Source: Octopus vulgaris
Taxonomy: Eukaryota
Reading direction: 5' to 3'
DNA: 64,000 bases
NCBI GenBank assembly: GCA_951406725.2
Contig: OX597833.1
Location: 68,696,001 to 68,760,000 of the forward strand
Below are positions 41,223 to 53,159 of the stretch, piece by piece. Each line of letters starts with the position of its first letter. Positions within the stretch are counted from its first letter, which is position 1. The translations under genes were made by a program, and so were the position numbers. The notes below the pieces were generated by a model. The model searched no databases and was not told the DNA's origin. It saw only the letters and a list, made by a program, of their open reading frames with translations.

Positions 41223-41368
41223 GGAGTAAACACATAAATGTGAAACAAGGTGGAAAAAAGAGTACTCAAATACCAGTGGTAGAGTAATATGCTTTATTTA
41301 AAGCAGCAGAAAATTCAACAAAACAAAATTCAGAGTAACACGTTTGTGTTGAATTTTCTGCTGCTTTA

Positions 41369-41373
<5 letters not shown>
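41221..41373. mobile_element. Family F foldback element with the hairpin centre deleted
   Basis: CCGGAGTAAACACATAAATGTG start. Arms TTTAAAGCAGCAGAAAATTCAACA and TGTTGAATTTTCTGCTGCTTTAAA remain, but the ribozyme-like cores are missing. (TA)n lies on both sides. Confidence 0.8.
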
Positions 41374-41420
<47 letters not shown>

Positions 41421-41466
41421 GAAATATGTTACGAAAAGAAAATATAAAATACACGTGGAAATGTAA

Positions 41467-42090
41467 GGGTAAAATATGAAAAATCAACGAAAATGCATAT
41501 TGCAAATAGAAAAAGGCTATTTATGACAGGTAGTGACAAATATATACATTTAGATTGACTGATGTAGTAATACGATCATAAAAGTCATTATTATGAGAGC
41601 GTTGAGCTTACGATCGTGAGGTTGTGAGCTCGAATCCCGGACCGGGCTGCGTGTTGTGTTCTTGAGCAAGACACTTTATTTCACGTTGCTCCAGTTCACT
41701 CAGCTGTAGAAAAGAGTTGCGACGTCACTGGTGCCAAGCTGTATCGACCCCTTTGTCTTTCCTTTGGATAACACTGGTGGCGTGGAGAGGGGAGGCCAGG
41801 TATGCATGGGCGACTGCTGGTCTTCCATAAACAACCTTGCCCGGACTGGTGTCTAGGAGGGTAACTTTCTAGGTGCAATCCCATGGTCATTCATGACCGA
41901 AGGGGGTCTTTACCCCCTTTATAAGATGATAATAAAGTAAGAGAACAAAACGAACCAGTGGTTTACGCGAAGGCTATGACTCGTATTACTACCTCAGTCA
42001 ATCTAAATGTATGTATTTGTCACTAAGAGTCATAAAGAGCCTTTTCCTATTTGCAATATGCATTTTCGTTGATTTTTTCATATTTTACCC
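41467..42090. repeat. Inverted repeat of about 115 bp (41467-41580 / 41975-42090) enclosing a SINE B insertion
   Basis: GGGTAAAATATGAAAAATCAACGAAAATGCATATTGCAAATAG...GTAGTAATACGA and its reverse complement, roughly 90% identical by eye. Confidence 0.85.
41596..41921 (+). mobile_element. SINE family B, slightly 5'-truncated
   Basis: High identity to 16556-16887. Confidence 0.85.
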
Positions 42091-42126
42091 CTATATATAT
42101 ACATACACACACAAAGGTTTATGTAG

Positions 42127-42523
42127 TCTTTACTATTTTACTCTCTTACTTGTTTCAGTCATTTGACTGCGGCCATGCTGAAGCACTGCCTTTAGTCGAG
42201 CAAATCGCCCCCAGTATGCACAGTACTTATTCTATCGGTCTCTTTTACCGAAACGCTAAGTGACGGGGACGTAAACACACCAGCATCGGTTGTCAAGCAA
42301 TGCTAAAGGGACAAACACGGACACACAAACATATACACACATACATATACATATATATATATACATATACATATATACGACAGGTTTCTTTCAGTTTCCG
42401 TCTACCAAATCTATACCCGAGGCTATAGCAAAAGACACTTGCCCAAGATGCCACGCAGTGGGACTGAACCCGGAACCATGTGGTTGATTAGCAAGCTACT
42501 TACCACACAGCCACTCCTGCGCC
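42127..42523 (-). mobile_element. SINE family A with 10-bp TSD
   Basis: Full head ending at 42523. TSD GTTTATGTAG at 42117-42126 and 42526-42535. Confidence 0.9.
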
Positions 42524-42785
42524 TTGTTTATGTAGAAAATATGTAGTCTTACGTGTGTTTGCATAAGTGTCTATGTTTACCTGAATCTCTTTAACATTTA
42601 AAAGCATTTCAGATGACTCCATATTAAACTGAGTTGAGCATCTTACGGAAGGCTATACGTATTGAGAAGAACTAATAGATTACGTGTCAGTACAATTCGC
42701 ACACACAGACAGACACACACACACACACATATACACGCTTAAATGCATATATGTAAATATATATACACATATGTATACGCGTGTA

Positions 42786-42950
42786 CAGATAGATAGATAG
42801 ATACATACATACATACATACATACATACATACATAGATACATAGATAGACAGACATAGATAGATAGATAGATAGATAGATAGACAGAGATAGACAGTGAT
42901 ATAGATATAGACAGAGATAGACAGTGATATAGAGATAGACAGATAGATAG

Positions 42951-42981
<31 letters not shown>

Positions 42982-43030
42982 CAGAGATAGACAGTGATAT
43001 AGAGATAGACAGATAGATAGACAGACAGAT
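42786..43030. repeat. Compound (GATA)n/(TACA)n microsatellite with repeated ACAGAGATAGACAGTGATATAG unit
   Basis: Seen directly in the sequence. Confidence 0.85.
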
Positions 43031-43589
43031 AAGCATGTCCAAGTACAAAGTTACTAGGACATACAATAATCCACACCGGTTGTCGAGTGATATTGGGGTA
43101 ATCACACACATACACACACACAAGCATATGTACGACGTCTTTCTTCCTGTTTCTCTCTACCGAATCCACCCCCCAAGTTACTTTGTAGGCCTAAGACTAT
43201 TGAAAAAGACACCCAGTATGCCACGCAGTGGGAGCGAAACCGCGATTATTCGGTTGGGAAACGAACTTCTTACGTCAGGTTTCCCTCCACCCGATTCTTC
43301 TCGCAATATTATTGGTGAAACCGAAGCTCAAGTAGTTGATACTTACTCAAGATACGGATCAGCGAGATTGAACGCATATCCATCGAGTTACGAATCCACA
43401 TTTGTAAACACCGTAAAACTCACATTCTCAATTCATTCTCACAACTTTAACCATTTCTAAAAAAGTCAGTGTCTTACAAAACGTTTTATTGATAACGATT
43501 CCCGATACTTCTAATATGCTAATCCTCTCTCTAACAAGCCGAAACCTTTGACTTTCATATTAGACGTAGAATAAAACTAAAAGAGACAC

Positions 43590-43608
43590 AGTGGCGCCAC
43601 CTAGTTGA
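43590..43608 (-). promoter_or_regulatory. CTCF-like motif
   Basis: Minus strand reads CAACTAGGTGGCGCCACT, close to the CTCF core CCACYAGGKGGCRC. Motif match only. Confidence 0.35.
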
Positions 43609-43890
43609 AGCTGCTGTTTAATGTGATACATTATGTAAACAAATCAACAACAATTCTTTCTTTCTCCTTCCTCTTCTTGCACTTTATCAGATCAGATTTT
43701 GCTTTTGTCTTTTTTTTTATTAATCTTTGTAATTTTTCTCTTATATTTTTGTGCTGTGATTAAATATTTAATTGATAATGACGTACTATAAACTACGATG
43801 GCAGTATGATGAAACTGTAATGTCAAATTTTGAATAATGAAAGAAAAAAAATGATAAAACAAATAAAGTAATGAAACAATATAGCTGATT

Positions 43891-44012
43891 AAAAAATATT
43901 CTCCTCATCATTTCCACGAAATCATTTCTGTACGTCGATCTATACATTATTCAACGTTTTAAAAAGATATTTCATCACCTGTTGACTGAAATTAAACTAG
44001 ATACTGGATTAC
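43891..44012 (+). repeat. 122-bp direct repeat, copy 1 (copy 2 at 47689-47810)
   Basis: Ungapped alignment with about 10 mismatches counted by eye. Confidence 0.9.
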
Positions 44013-44406
44013 CTTACACTCATTGGTGAATGCTGTGTGTATAAAGAAAAATGTATTCGTTACGAAATTAAAATTGCAGAAGCATGTCAGTTATACTGCT
44101 TCTGGTTCATAGCTGGTATTTTATATAGAGCGAGTCCCGAAAATTGAAAAGCAAGTTTGTCATGGGTTGTATTTGAACTCAGAACATAAGGGGAGGAAAA
44201 AAATATTGTAAGGAGTTTTTTTTTTTTAAATTAATGTTTTACTAAAATAATGAACACAAGAAAAAGAAACTTTGGTGCACATTACAAAATTTTAAAGTCA
44301 TATAACGTTATTAAACATAACTCCGAGTTTTGCTATTCTGATGTCCTTTTAAAGAATACCATATGTGTATTTCAGTCTATGCGTAGATAGATGGACATCC
44401 GCTCAT

Positions 44407-44446
<40 letters not shown>

Positions 44447-45351
44447 CTATTATTCATTGTTTATTTTAGTAGAATAATAGTACCTCTATTTTTCTCTTAC
44501 GAGGTTTTTCACGCTAACTACTGATAATTTCTTATAAAGATTTTATCCTTATTTTTAAATATATATACATATATATTTTTGTGTGTGCATGTGTGTGTGT
44601 GTAGTATTGACATCGTGGAGAAAAAGCACTCAATATCATAACAGAGATTAATATTTTTGTGCTTTAATCAGAGTATTTGTACACTGAATTTTCACTTGTA
44701 CATTAACAGCGCCATCTGGCAAGCTCTACCATAATTTGGATAGCTTGGCTAGTTTGTAAACGCAAAGGGTTATCTCTGGAGGAGATTAGGTAAGAATAAA
44801 TTAATAAAGAAAAATGCTTTATATATATATATATATACATACATACACACAAAGGAAATAAGTAAAATTTTATGCTCCCCGAGCTCTTATGCGACTCGGC
44901 CTCACTGAGGTATATTTTTCCCTCTAAATCGTGCGTAAATAATATCAAATATTTTGATCCCATTCATAGCAACTTCAAACAGTCACATTTCGCTAGAATG
45001 TTTTGCACATTAACATTTGTGCCATACAGACTTAAGTTACTTTATTCATTTTATATAACCCACGATTCTCCCCGTATAATCTCTTGCATTCACGCAGTTT
45101 GAATGACGCATCACATAAGCAGTAAAACATTCTTTGATTTTCATTCGTACCCGATTTGAACAGGAACATTAGGATCTCTGTTTCCTTCAGCAGGGTTCAC
45201 TCTTTAAGGGAAGATTTCGGAATCAGTCTCCAATAAAATTATGGAGATGGCCCTTATATTCCGTTACTAAGGTTTGAGTTTAAATTTTGTAAATTTTCTA
45301 AGTAAAATAGCTGCAATAGACCAAACGTTGTCTAAATGCGACACCGTTCTG

Positions 45352-45410
<59 letters not shown>

Positions 45411-45412
<2 letters not shown>

Positions 45413-45643
45413 GGAGTAAGCACATAAATGTGAGACAAGAGTGCTCAAATGCCAGAGGTAGAGTAATATGCTTTAATTAAAAGCAGCAGAAATATAACAA
45501 AAGCTGTTACTTGAGTTTCACGTTCCAGTTCGTCGGACAGTTGTGTTAAAATAAAACCCTATTTTAACAAAACTGTCCGACGAACGGGAACGTGAAACTC
45601 CACGTAAAAGTTTTTGTTCTATTTCTGCTGCTTTTAAATAAAG
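45411..45643. mobile_element. Family F foldback element with hammerhead-like motifs on both arms
   Basis: Arms at about 45470-45552 and 45560-45643. Motifs CTGT-CCGACGA-ACGggaaCGT-GAAA-CTC on + (45571-45612) and a variant on - (45503-45542). Flanked by (TA)n. Confidence 0.8.
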
Positions 45644-47074
45644 TATATATATATAGAGAGAGAGAGAGAGGAGGGAGAGAGAGTGATACATAACCATATA
45701 TATTCATGCGTGAATACACAGAGAAAGAGATACTTCTGACTGTATATGTGATGTGCGTGTATGAATTTATGTGCGTGTGCCTAGAATTGTTTTTCTACTT
45801 GTATGCATGAATGTCTGCAATATTTACCAAAGAGACTCGCAATAGCTTGAAATTTGAATTAACTCAGCACAATCTTTTCTACACACAGAAAAACCATTAC
45901 TTTTCATAAATTACCCCCTGCATTTTGTCTATTGTATTTTCCTCTTGGGGCATATATCAACTCTAACTACATCGCAATAAGTCTGCAATAAAATGCAATG
46001 AGAAATGAGCACCGGGACGATTTTATGTTTTGGGAATGTTTATATGAACAAACTATTAAATTCACGTGGTTTAAGTAAAGATTCATCAATGCATACAACA
46101 AAATAACGCATTAGTGCTTAATAGTTTAATATATTTACAAGAATGATTACACATAAATTAATTTCCCATAAAATACATTAGGCGAACTGTATAAGCATAA
46201 AGTAAAAATAAGAAAAAATACAGCAATCGATACTTTCAACTTACATTCCCTTAAGTAATAATATAGCTTTCTGTTTGAAGCAATGGCTAAAACCATTTTT
46301 TAAAAAATACTGATGCGTTTAAGTAGATGGCTGGCGAAACACCAATACATAAAAGCCAAACTAACCAAGATACATCTCAAAGGAGTAATAACTCGACTCG
46401 TAGTCTAGCAACACGATAAAGTAAATAAGGACATCTTTAGTATATTTTTATTTTTATTTTTTAAGTCTAAATAATTTCCCACAGAGATATTTTGAATTAT
46501 GAAATTTTGCAGTCGCTTTCCATTTATATTAAGTAAAAATATATCTTCCTTATTTACACGTATTAGCTGCTGCAAGCTGTAAATACTCTCGAGTTCTTTA
46601 CCCAATGTACTTAGTGTGATTTGGTAATTGAAAATGTGATTTTTCATAATAAAATCGTTAATATTCGATTTACCACTAAAAGCTTGTATACGTATTTATT
46701 TACTTATTTATTCATTATTATGTTGTTTCCGTATTTCAACTTATCGTTGTTCCGAAATATATTTTATAAAAGTCTTAAATATATTTTAACACTTTTTTCC
46801 TAGTTTTGTTTTGATTCTACTTGAAATGATATCAACTCAACTCAATGAAATAAGAAAATAAACAGTTCTTATAGTTCCTTACGCTTTTAATTTAATAGGA
46901 CAGCTATATGGCATGGAAAGTCATAAAAGATGGTTTAATAATAATAATAATAATAATTTTAAATTGCTAGCACAAGACAAGCAATTTATGGGGAGAAGAT
47001 AAGTAGATTACATCAACCCCGCGAAAGGAATAAAATTTGATCCCTGAAAGTAAAGACGGACCAAAAACCGCCAC

Positions 47075-47690
47075 GGAAGCGTGGAGGAGCTGAAGATAGA
47101 AAGAAAAGCACCTGTATGCGCGACACAAAACAAGCATTTGGGATAGACTATGTGAACTGCAGAACTGATAAAACTACAGAGAGCAACAAACGCAGAACGT
47201 GTGGTGAGAGGGACGAAATATTGTGACACATTATTTATGAATGCTCGAAATTTGCCACAAGAACACTAAAGGTGACATGTCATTGTGGTAAGAATGGTCT
47301 ATCGGGCTTTAGTGGAAATTATAGCTGAGAAAGATTAAAGACATGATACGACCAAATCCCAGAAGCATTTGCTGAGAATGAGAATTGCAAAAACCTGTGG
47401 GATGCAATGATTCGGTGTGATTAAGCAGATTAAACATCGGAAGCAGGACATTGTTTTTTGGTGAACAAAAAGAAAAGAATAAACATGCCTGATAATTGAC
47501 ATAGCATGTCATGTTGACCAAAGGATCGAAGAGAGAGAAGAAAAAGTGAACAACTATGATGGATTGAAATGGAAAATCCACAGGTTGCGGGAAATGAAGA
47601 ATGTGGACGTGATACGAATAGCGATTAGTGCGCTTGGACGTATCAGGGCAAAACTACCGGTGTGGCTCAGAATAGTTGGATCAAATATAA
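47075..47690 (+). pseudogene. R4/Dong-type non-LTR retrotransposon: CCHC knuckle and restriction-like endonuclease remnant
   Basis: Across frameshifts: RTCGERDEIL*HIIYECSKFA, ENENCKNLWD, KHRKQDIV, CLIIDIAC, EEKVNNYDGLKWKI, DVIRIAISALG. Confidence 0.8.
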
Positions 47691-47810
47691 AACATATTTT
47701 CTTCATCATTTCTACGAAATAATTTCTGCACGTCGATCTATACATTATTCAACATTTTAAAAAGATATTTTATCACCTGTTGACTGAAATAAAACTAGAT
47801 ATTGGATTAC
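47689..47810 (+). repeat. 122-bp direct repeat, copy 2
   Basis: Matches 43891-44012. Confidence 0.9.
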
Positions 47811-48119
47811 ACAGACAAAATTTAACAATGCCCTGTAAACAATTATCACTTCAGTCTGCTAGATGTGGCCATCTCACACATACCATCGTACCCAGCAAAA
47901 AAAAAGTTGAGTATTCTCATGAAATAAAAAATAGTCATCTATGGTTTCTTCCTGTAGCCCGATGTTAGGAATTTTCCTTTTCCAACAGCCTAATCTGTTA
48001 TGTGTATAGTAAAAATGATATTCTCGAAGACAAACGGTGTTTTCAGCAAACAGTAAATGTATCGAAATATAGTTTAGGGATATAATTGGAGGGGTATACA
48101 AATATTAACCTAGACGGGG

Positions 48120-48500
48120 ACATGACACTGATTAGAAAGTTCACGTCGCAGTCCCGTGATTTCAGGTTCAGTCGTACTGCTCTGGCCCTAACGTTAAAGA
48201 CTTTTACTTCCAGGTAACCGTTACCTGGTGACAGTAGAAACTGTGTTGAAGATCATTCCTTACGTGTGTGTATGTGTTTGCTCGTGTGTGTGTGTATTTC
48301 TTTGTGTTTATGCTTCTCAACCGTCTACAAATCGGTGCTGTTTTTTTATTATTCAAAGCTGCGTATCTGCGCGGTTTTGTAAAAAGAAGCTGAAAGTATA
48401 AGTACCAGAGGCTAAAGATAATTAATAAATTTGAATTGTGCAAATAAAACCCTTTAATACGGAGCTCGAGGATGGCTACATTCAAACAAAAGAATAATAG
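48120..48500 (+). mobile_element. Decayed SINE, family A-like
   Basis: Matches CAGGTTCAGTCGTACTGC, an internal TG tract, TAAGTACCAGAGGCT and GATGGCTACATTCAAA. Confidence 0.45.
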
Positions 48501-50063
48501 TTCATACTGTTCAAAAAAGACAACCCTAGACATGTTTCGGTTTTAATGAGCCGCTTCAGTGAGTTATGTTAGGTCTCATTAGATTGACTATGATACCACT
48601 GGCATTTTTTGACGTATATTTTCTGTTTATTAATCTGTAGACTGTGATTCATAGATGGAGCCTGCAATACAGGCGAAAAGACATTTAGCTGCTATTTCTG
48701 GCTGATTTACCAAATATTTAGAAATTTTCGACATGCGGTTTAGTAAAATGAAATACGGAAATCATTTTCATCGATGTCGTTACATTTTTTCATTAAGTCT
48801 CATGAAACAGTTCCCGCTATTTATTCTGTCTCTGCTATAATTTTGGCCATTGGCAACATTGCAAGGGGAAAATTACTATTTCAGCCAAATTGCTTTTAGC
48901 TTTGCTTCGATGGTTAACTTTTGGTATCGACGAAGAATGACACGTTTTATGTATTTGTTATTATTATTGTTTTTTTTTTATCGTAATGGCAATAGCAATG
49001 TGATATTTTGTGTCTACTTGAGAATTACGATTCTGAATGAAACTGTAAACGCCAAAGAATGGGTTGCAGGTATTGTGTTACTATCACACACATGCAGCAC
49101 ACACACGCTCGTATATGTATATATAGACACACTTACTCGTATACGTATATATATATACACACACACACACACTCGTATACGTATATATATACACACACAC
49201 ACTCGTATACGTATACACACACACACACTCGTGTATATATATATATATATATATGCATATATATATATGCATATATATATATATACATATTTATATATAT
49301 ATATGCATATATATGTATATATATGCATATATATGTATATACATATTTATATATAAATAAAACTTATATACATATTTACAAATATATATGCATATATACA
49401 TACATATATATACCTATAAATAGGTATATATGTAAATTTATATATATATGAATGTCCTATATGTGTGTATGCTTATGACTACGTGTGTGAACATACTTGC
49501 GCATGTGTGCCTGGTTGCGTATGTGTAAACATACATACGCATTTGTATTGGTTCTATTTGCACACATTTCGGTGCAACGCAGCCAAATATTCATAGAAAT
49601 TATAATATGGAAGTTTGATAGTTTACCATCCTTAGTCCCTTGATGCATCACTCTCGCTATCAAATCTAAAATGTCTGCATTAATGGTGACAATTGAATAT
49701 ATACCACATATGTTTTGCGTCTCTGCATTATGGCCATGTAAAACAGTTGTAATGCAATTCGAACAGTGATTGCAGTAATATATGGAAATTGTCTTGCATA
49801 GATTGCGTCTTGTCCGAAATATAGATCATCTATTGTGTTGCATACATTGGAAATTATATATATATATTTCTTAGGGCTGGCCAGATTGGAGTAGTCACGA
49901 GTAAAACCAGCCGAAACTGCAAAGATAATCTGGAACTCTCCTGACGAAAGAAAACTCCAAATGACCCGTCCTTGTTTTTTCTTGTCCCTTTTTGTATCAT
50001 CTAACTGGCTGGAATTATTGTTGTCGTCTGTTGCGTTCTCGTCCCATTTCTTGTATTCTTGTT

Positions 50064-50229
50064 GCTGTGTGGTAAGTAGCTTGCTTACCAACCACATAGT
50101 TCCGGGTTCGGTCCCACTGCGTGGCATCTTTGGCAAGTGTCTTCTGCTATAGCCTCGGGCCGACCAAATGCCTTGTCAGTGGATTTGGTAGACGGAAACT
50201 GAAAGAAGCCTGTCGTATATATGTATATT

Positions 50230-50266
<37 letters not shown>

Positions 50267-50440
50267 ATATGTTTGGGTGTGTGTGTTTGTCTCCCCAACA
50301 TCGCTTGACAACCGATGCTGGCGTGTTTACGTCCCCGTCACTTAGCGGTTCGGCAAAAGAATAAGTCCTGGGGTCGATTTGCTCGAGTAAAGGCGGTGCT
50401 CCAGCATGGCCGCATTCAAATGACTGAAACAAGTAAAAGA
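50064..50440 (+). mobile_element. SINE family A, young, slightly 5'-truncated
   Basis: High identity to the other A copies, with an internal deletion between AAAGA repeats. Confidence 0.9.
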
Positions 50441-51159
50441 AAATATATACATGCAGCATATTTGTGTATGTTCGTCTTGTTTTTCTGGTGATTTCATATT
50501 TCGACTCTTCTTCCTAGATTGGATGACTCTCTCACCGAACAGTTTAACTGAATGCATTTTATTTGTTTCTTTGTTAATTCCCTGTCTTGTTCCATTCTAG
50601 GCTTAATTTACTCCTATTTCTATTCCGTTCTGTTGTGAACTTAAAAGAGATTTTTTTTTTTCATTGATTTTTATGCCGCTGAGTTTCTTTGTAAAGTCTT
50701 CCTGATGAAATAAGTTTCGACGTTACGCAAATCGTATAAAGATTGTGGCTGAACTGTGTATGCTTTTGTTTGTAACTGGGAGATAAAATGGAGGATTATA
50801 AGTGCTCAGGATTTCCCAAAGGTTGCTACAGCTGCGTCGACGACGTTTGAATAACTTCAGACAGAAAACGAAAATCTATACTACAATGAATGCACTCACA
50901 TTGTTCCCGTCAGAAGAGCTTCTACAACTACACACGTATCAATCACTAATTAAGCGAGCGGATTATTGTTAAACCCAAATGAAACTCTAATCCACCACTT
51001 TTTCAACAAGCATTTCAGCCACCAGCGTCTACATTTTTGGGATGTAACCGCCACCACATTATCTAATATTCCTTTCTCGTCTTTCAATTTCTGGGAGCTA
51101 GACATTATCTGAAGCAAGCCGATCTGAATTTATATATCATTATTTCTGCAAGATATAAG

Positions 51160-51545
51160 ATGGCGAACTGAGTAGTTAGCAACCGGTCAAAATATCTAAC
51201 GGCTTAAGTCACTCTACATGTTCTGATTTCAAATTCTCCCGAGGTCGACGAAATAAATACTAGTTGAAATAACCCTCTCCCTCGAAATGGCTGGCCTTGT
51301 ACCAAACTTTCAATCTATTATTTCTCTGAAGTGTAAGGCCACAACCTAACAAAACTGTTAGAATGCCAGACAAAATGCTTAGCAGCATGTCGTCCGTCTA
51401 TACGTTCTGAGTTCAAATTTCACCAGGTCCACTTTTCTTTTCATCCTTTCGAAGTCAATGTCATAAATACCAGTTGAGCGCTAGGGTCGATGTAATCGAT
51501 ATACCTACAACGCCAATATTTCGGGATTTGTCACTATTTTTAAAA
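51160..51545 (+). mobile_element. Two tandem decayed family D SINEs (older tail type)
   Basis: GTTCTGA.TTCAAATT at about 51220 and 51404, plus TTTCATCCTTTCG and GGGTCGATGTAATCGA. Confidence 0.65.
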
Positions 51546-51801
51546 CAGATTATTTCTATGCTAATAATTCTCAAAACAGGAACAATACAATGTTCATTCG
51601 AAATCATACTGACCATGTAACATGGTTGCTTCTTCTATAATCAATATTAGCTGGATTCTATCGACGATTTATTACTGAAGACACAACGTAGATTATGATC
51701 GACTATGTCGTAATTCCTTCTGATAAAATTCACAAAATTGCTAAGAAAAGGGGAGAACACATTGGATTTTTAATATATATATATATATATATATAATAAA
51801 G

Positions 51802-52029
51802 TTTATTCAAAAGCAGCAGAAAATTCAACAAAACCTGTTACTCTGAGTTTCACGTTCCCGTTCGTCAGACAGTTTTCACATAAAAACTGTCCGACGAATG
51901 GAAACGTGAAACTCAGAGTAACAGATTTTGTTGAATTTTCTGCTGCTTTTGAATAAAGCATATTACTCTACCACTGGTATTTGAGTACTCTTTTTTCCAC
52001 CTTGTTTCACATTTATGTGTTTACTCCGG
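51802..52029. mobile_element. Family F foldback element, best-preserved copy
   Basis: 75-bp inverted arms at 51802-51876 and 51883-51957 with a 6-nt loop, then a unique extension ending TACTCCGG at (TA)n. Confidence 0.85.
51831..51876 (-). ncRNA. Minimal type-I hammerhead ribozyme motif with canonical core
   Basis: Minus strand reads AAAACTGT-CTGACGA-ACG ggaa CGT-GAAA-CTC a GAG-TA-ACAGGTTT. All conserved core positions are present, with predicted cleavage after GUA. Confidence 0.7.
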
Positions 52030-52061
<32 letters not shown>

Positions 52062-52064
<3 letters not shown>

Positions 52065-52188
52065 TCCTTTCTGTGGAAGAGCGTAGGCTCGAAACGTAAA
52101 TGACTTTTTCAATTCCTGAGCGTTATGCTAATACATCTCTTTGTTTTCTACACCACCTGTCTTCTTCGGGGTTTTTTCCGTGAATTCT

Positions 52189-52192
<4 letters not shown>
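52062..52192 (+). mobile_element. Family G short repeat with hammerhead-like motif
   Basis: TTT-CTGTGGAA-GAGC gtag GCTC-GAAA-CG-TA-AA at 52067-52103. Ends at (TA)n. Confidence 0.6.
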
Positions 52193-52226
<34 letters not shown>

Positions 52227-53091
52227 CTTAAACAGAGTACTAAGTTTCAGCCAGTTTAAGCCATCGTCGGATTACGATGCATTGAATTTTGCTGATATTT
52301 AAACACACATATGTATGTATGCATTTATGCTTGAATGAATATATATACTTCCGTATTGTATCATTCTCTCACAATATCGTTTCCGCTTTGTGTAGGTTCC
52401 AGTAGTCAAATCTCATAGACATTTGTTTTGTTTAGTAGAGGGAGAGACACACTTATTTAAATAATTATCTCTACCTGAGAGGAAGCAAAATAGTGATGGA
52501 TAACTGCTGTCTGCTTCACACAATAATGAAAGGAAGATACCGAGCCGTATGACTATTGTAGTAATAGTATCAGCATTCCTATCCTGTTCCTTTGTTTGTT
52601 GCAGTTTTTTTTGTTTTTCACATAAAAATCAATAAGAAAATATCTGACAATTCAATTGAATAGGCTGATTTTAAAGATGAGTATAACAACAATTCATCAC
52701 AAAAATTCAGATAATCGTTTCTTTAAATCTTCTCCTCCACTTAAGTAACTATATTTTGCTCTGAATTTATAAACAGACTTGAGAGTCTTAATCAATATCA
52801 CGCAATTAATTTCGACAATCGCCACTTTACATGCAGTAAGATTATTCATTAGCAACATAAACCGATTACCGAATTAGAGATCTTAGAGGTCTCGATTTGA
52901 TTTCCCAATACAACGTTTAGCAATACTATTTACGCCTTGTTTTAACTGAATTTAAATTGATGGATAACTAGGCTATATCGATAATGTTAGATTTGTCATG
53001 AGATTTTAAATGAAATCGGTTTATCGTATATTAAATATCGCATTGTGTCATTCGATTTAATTACCCTTTGTAGCGCCAACAAATAAGTGAA

Positions 53092-53154
<63 letters not shown>

Positions 53155-53159
<5 letters not shown>

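Noticed and set aside
50700-50730. CTGATGA motifs here and at about 56585 as hammerheads
   Set aside because: Convincing stem II, GAAA, stem III and stem I could not be assembled.
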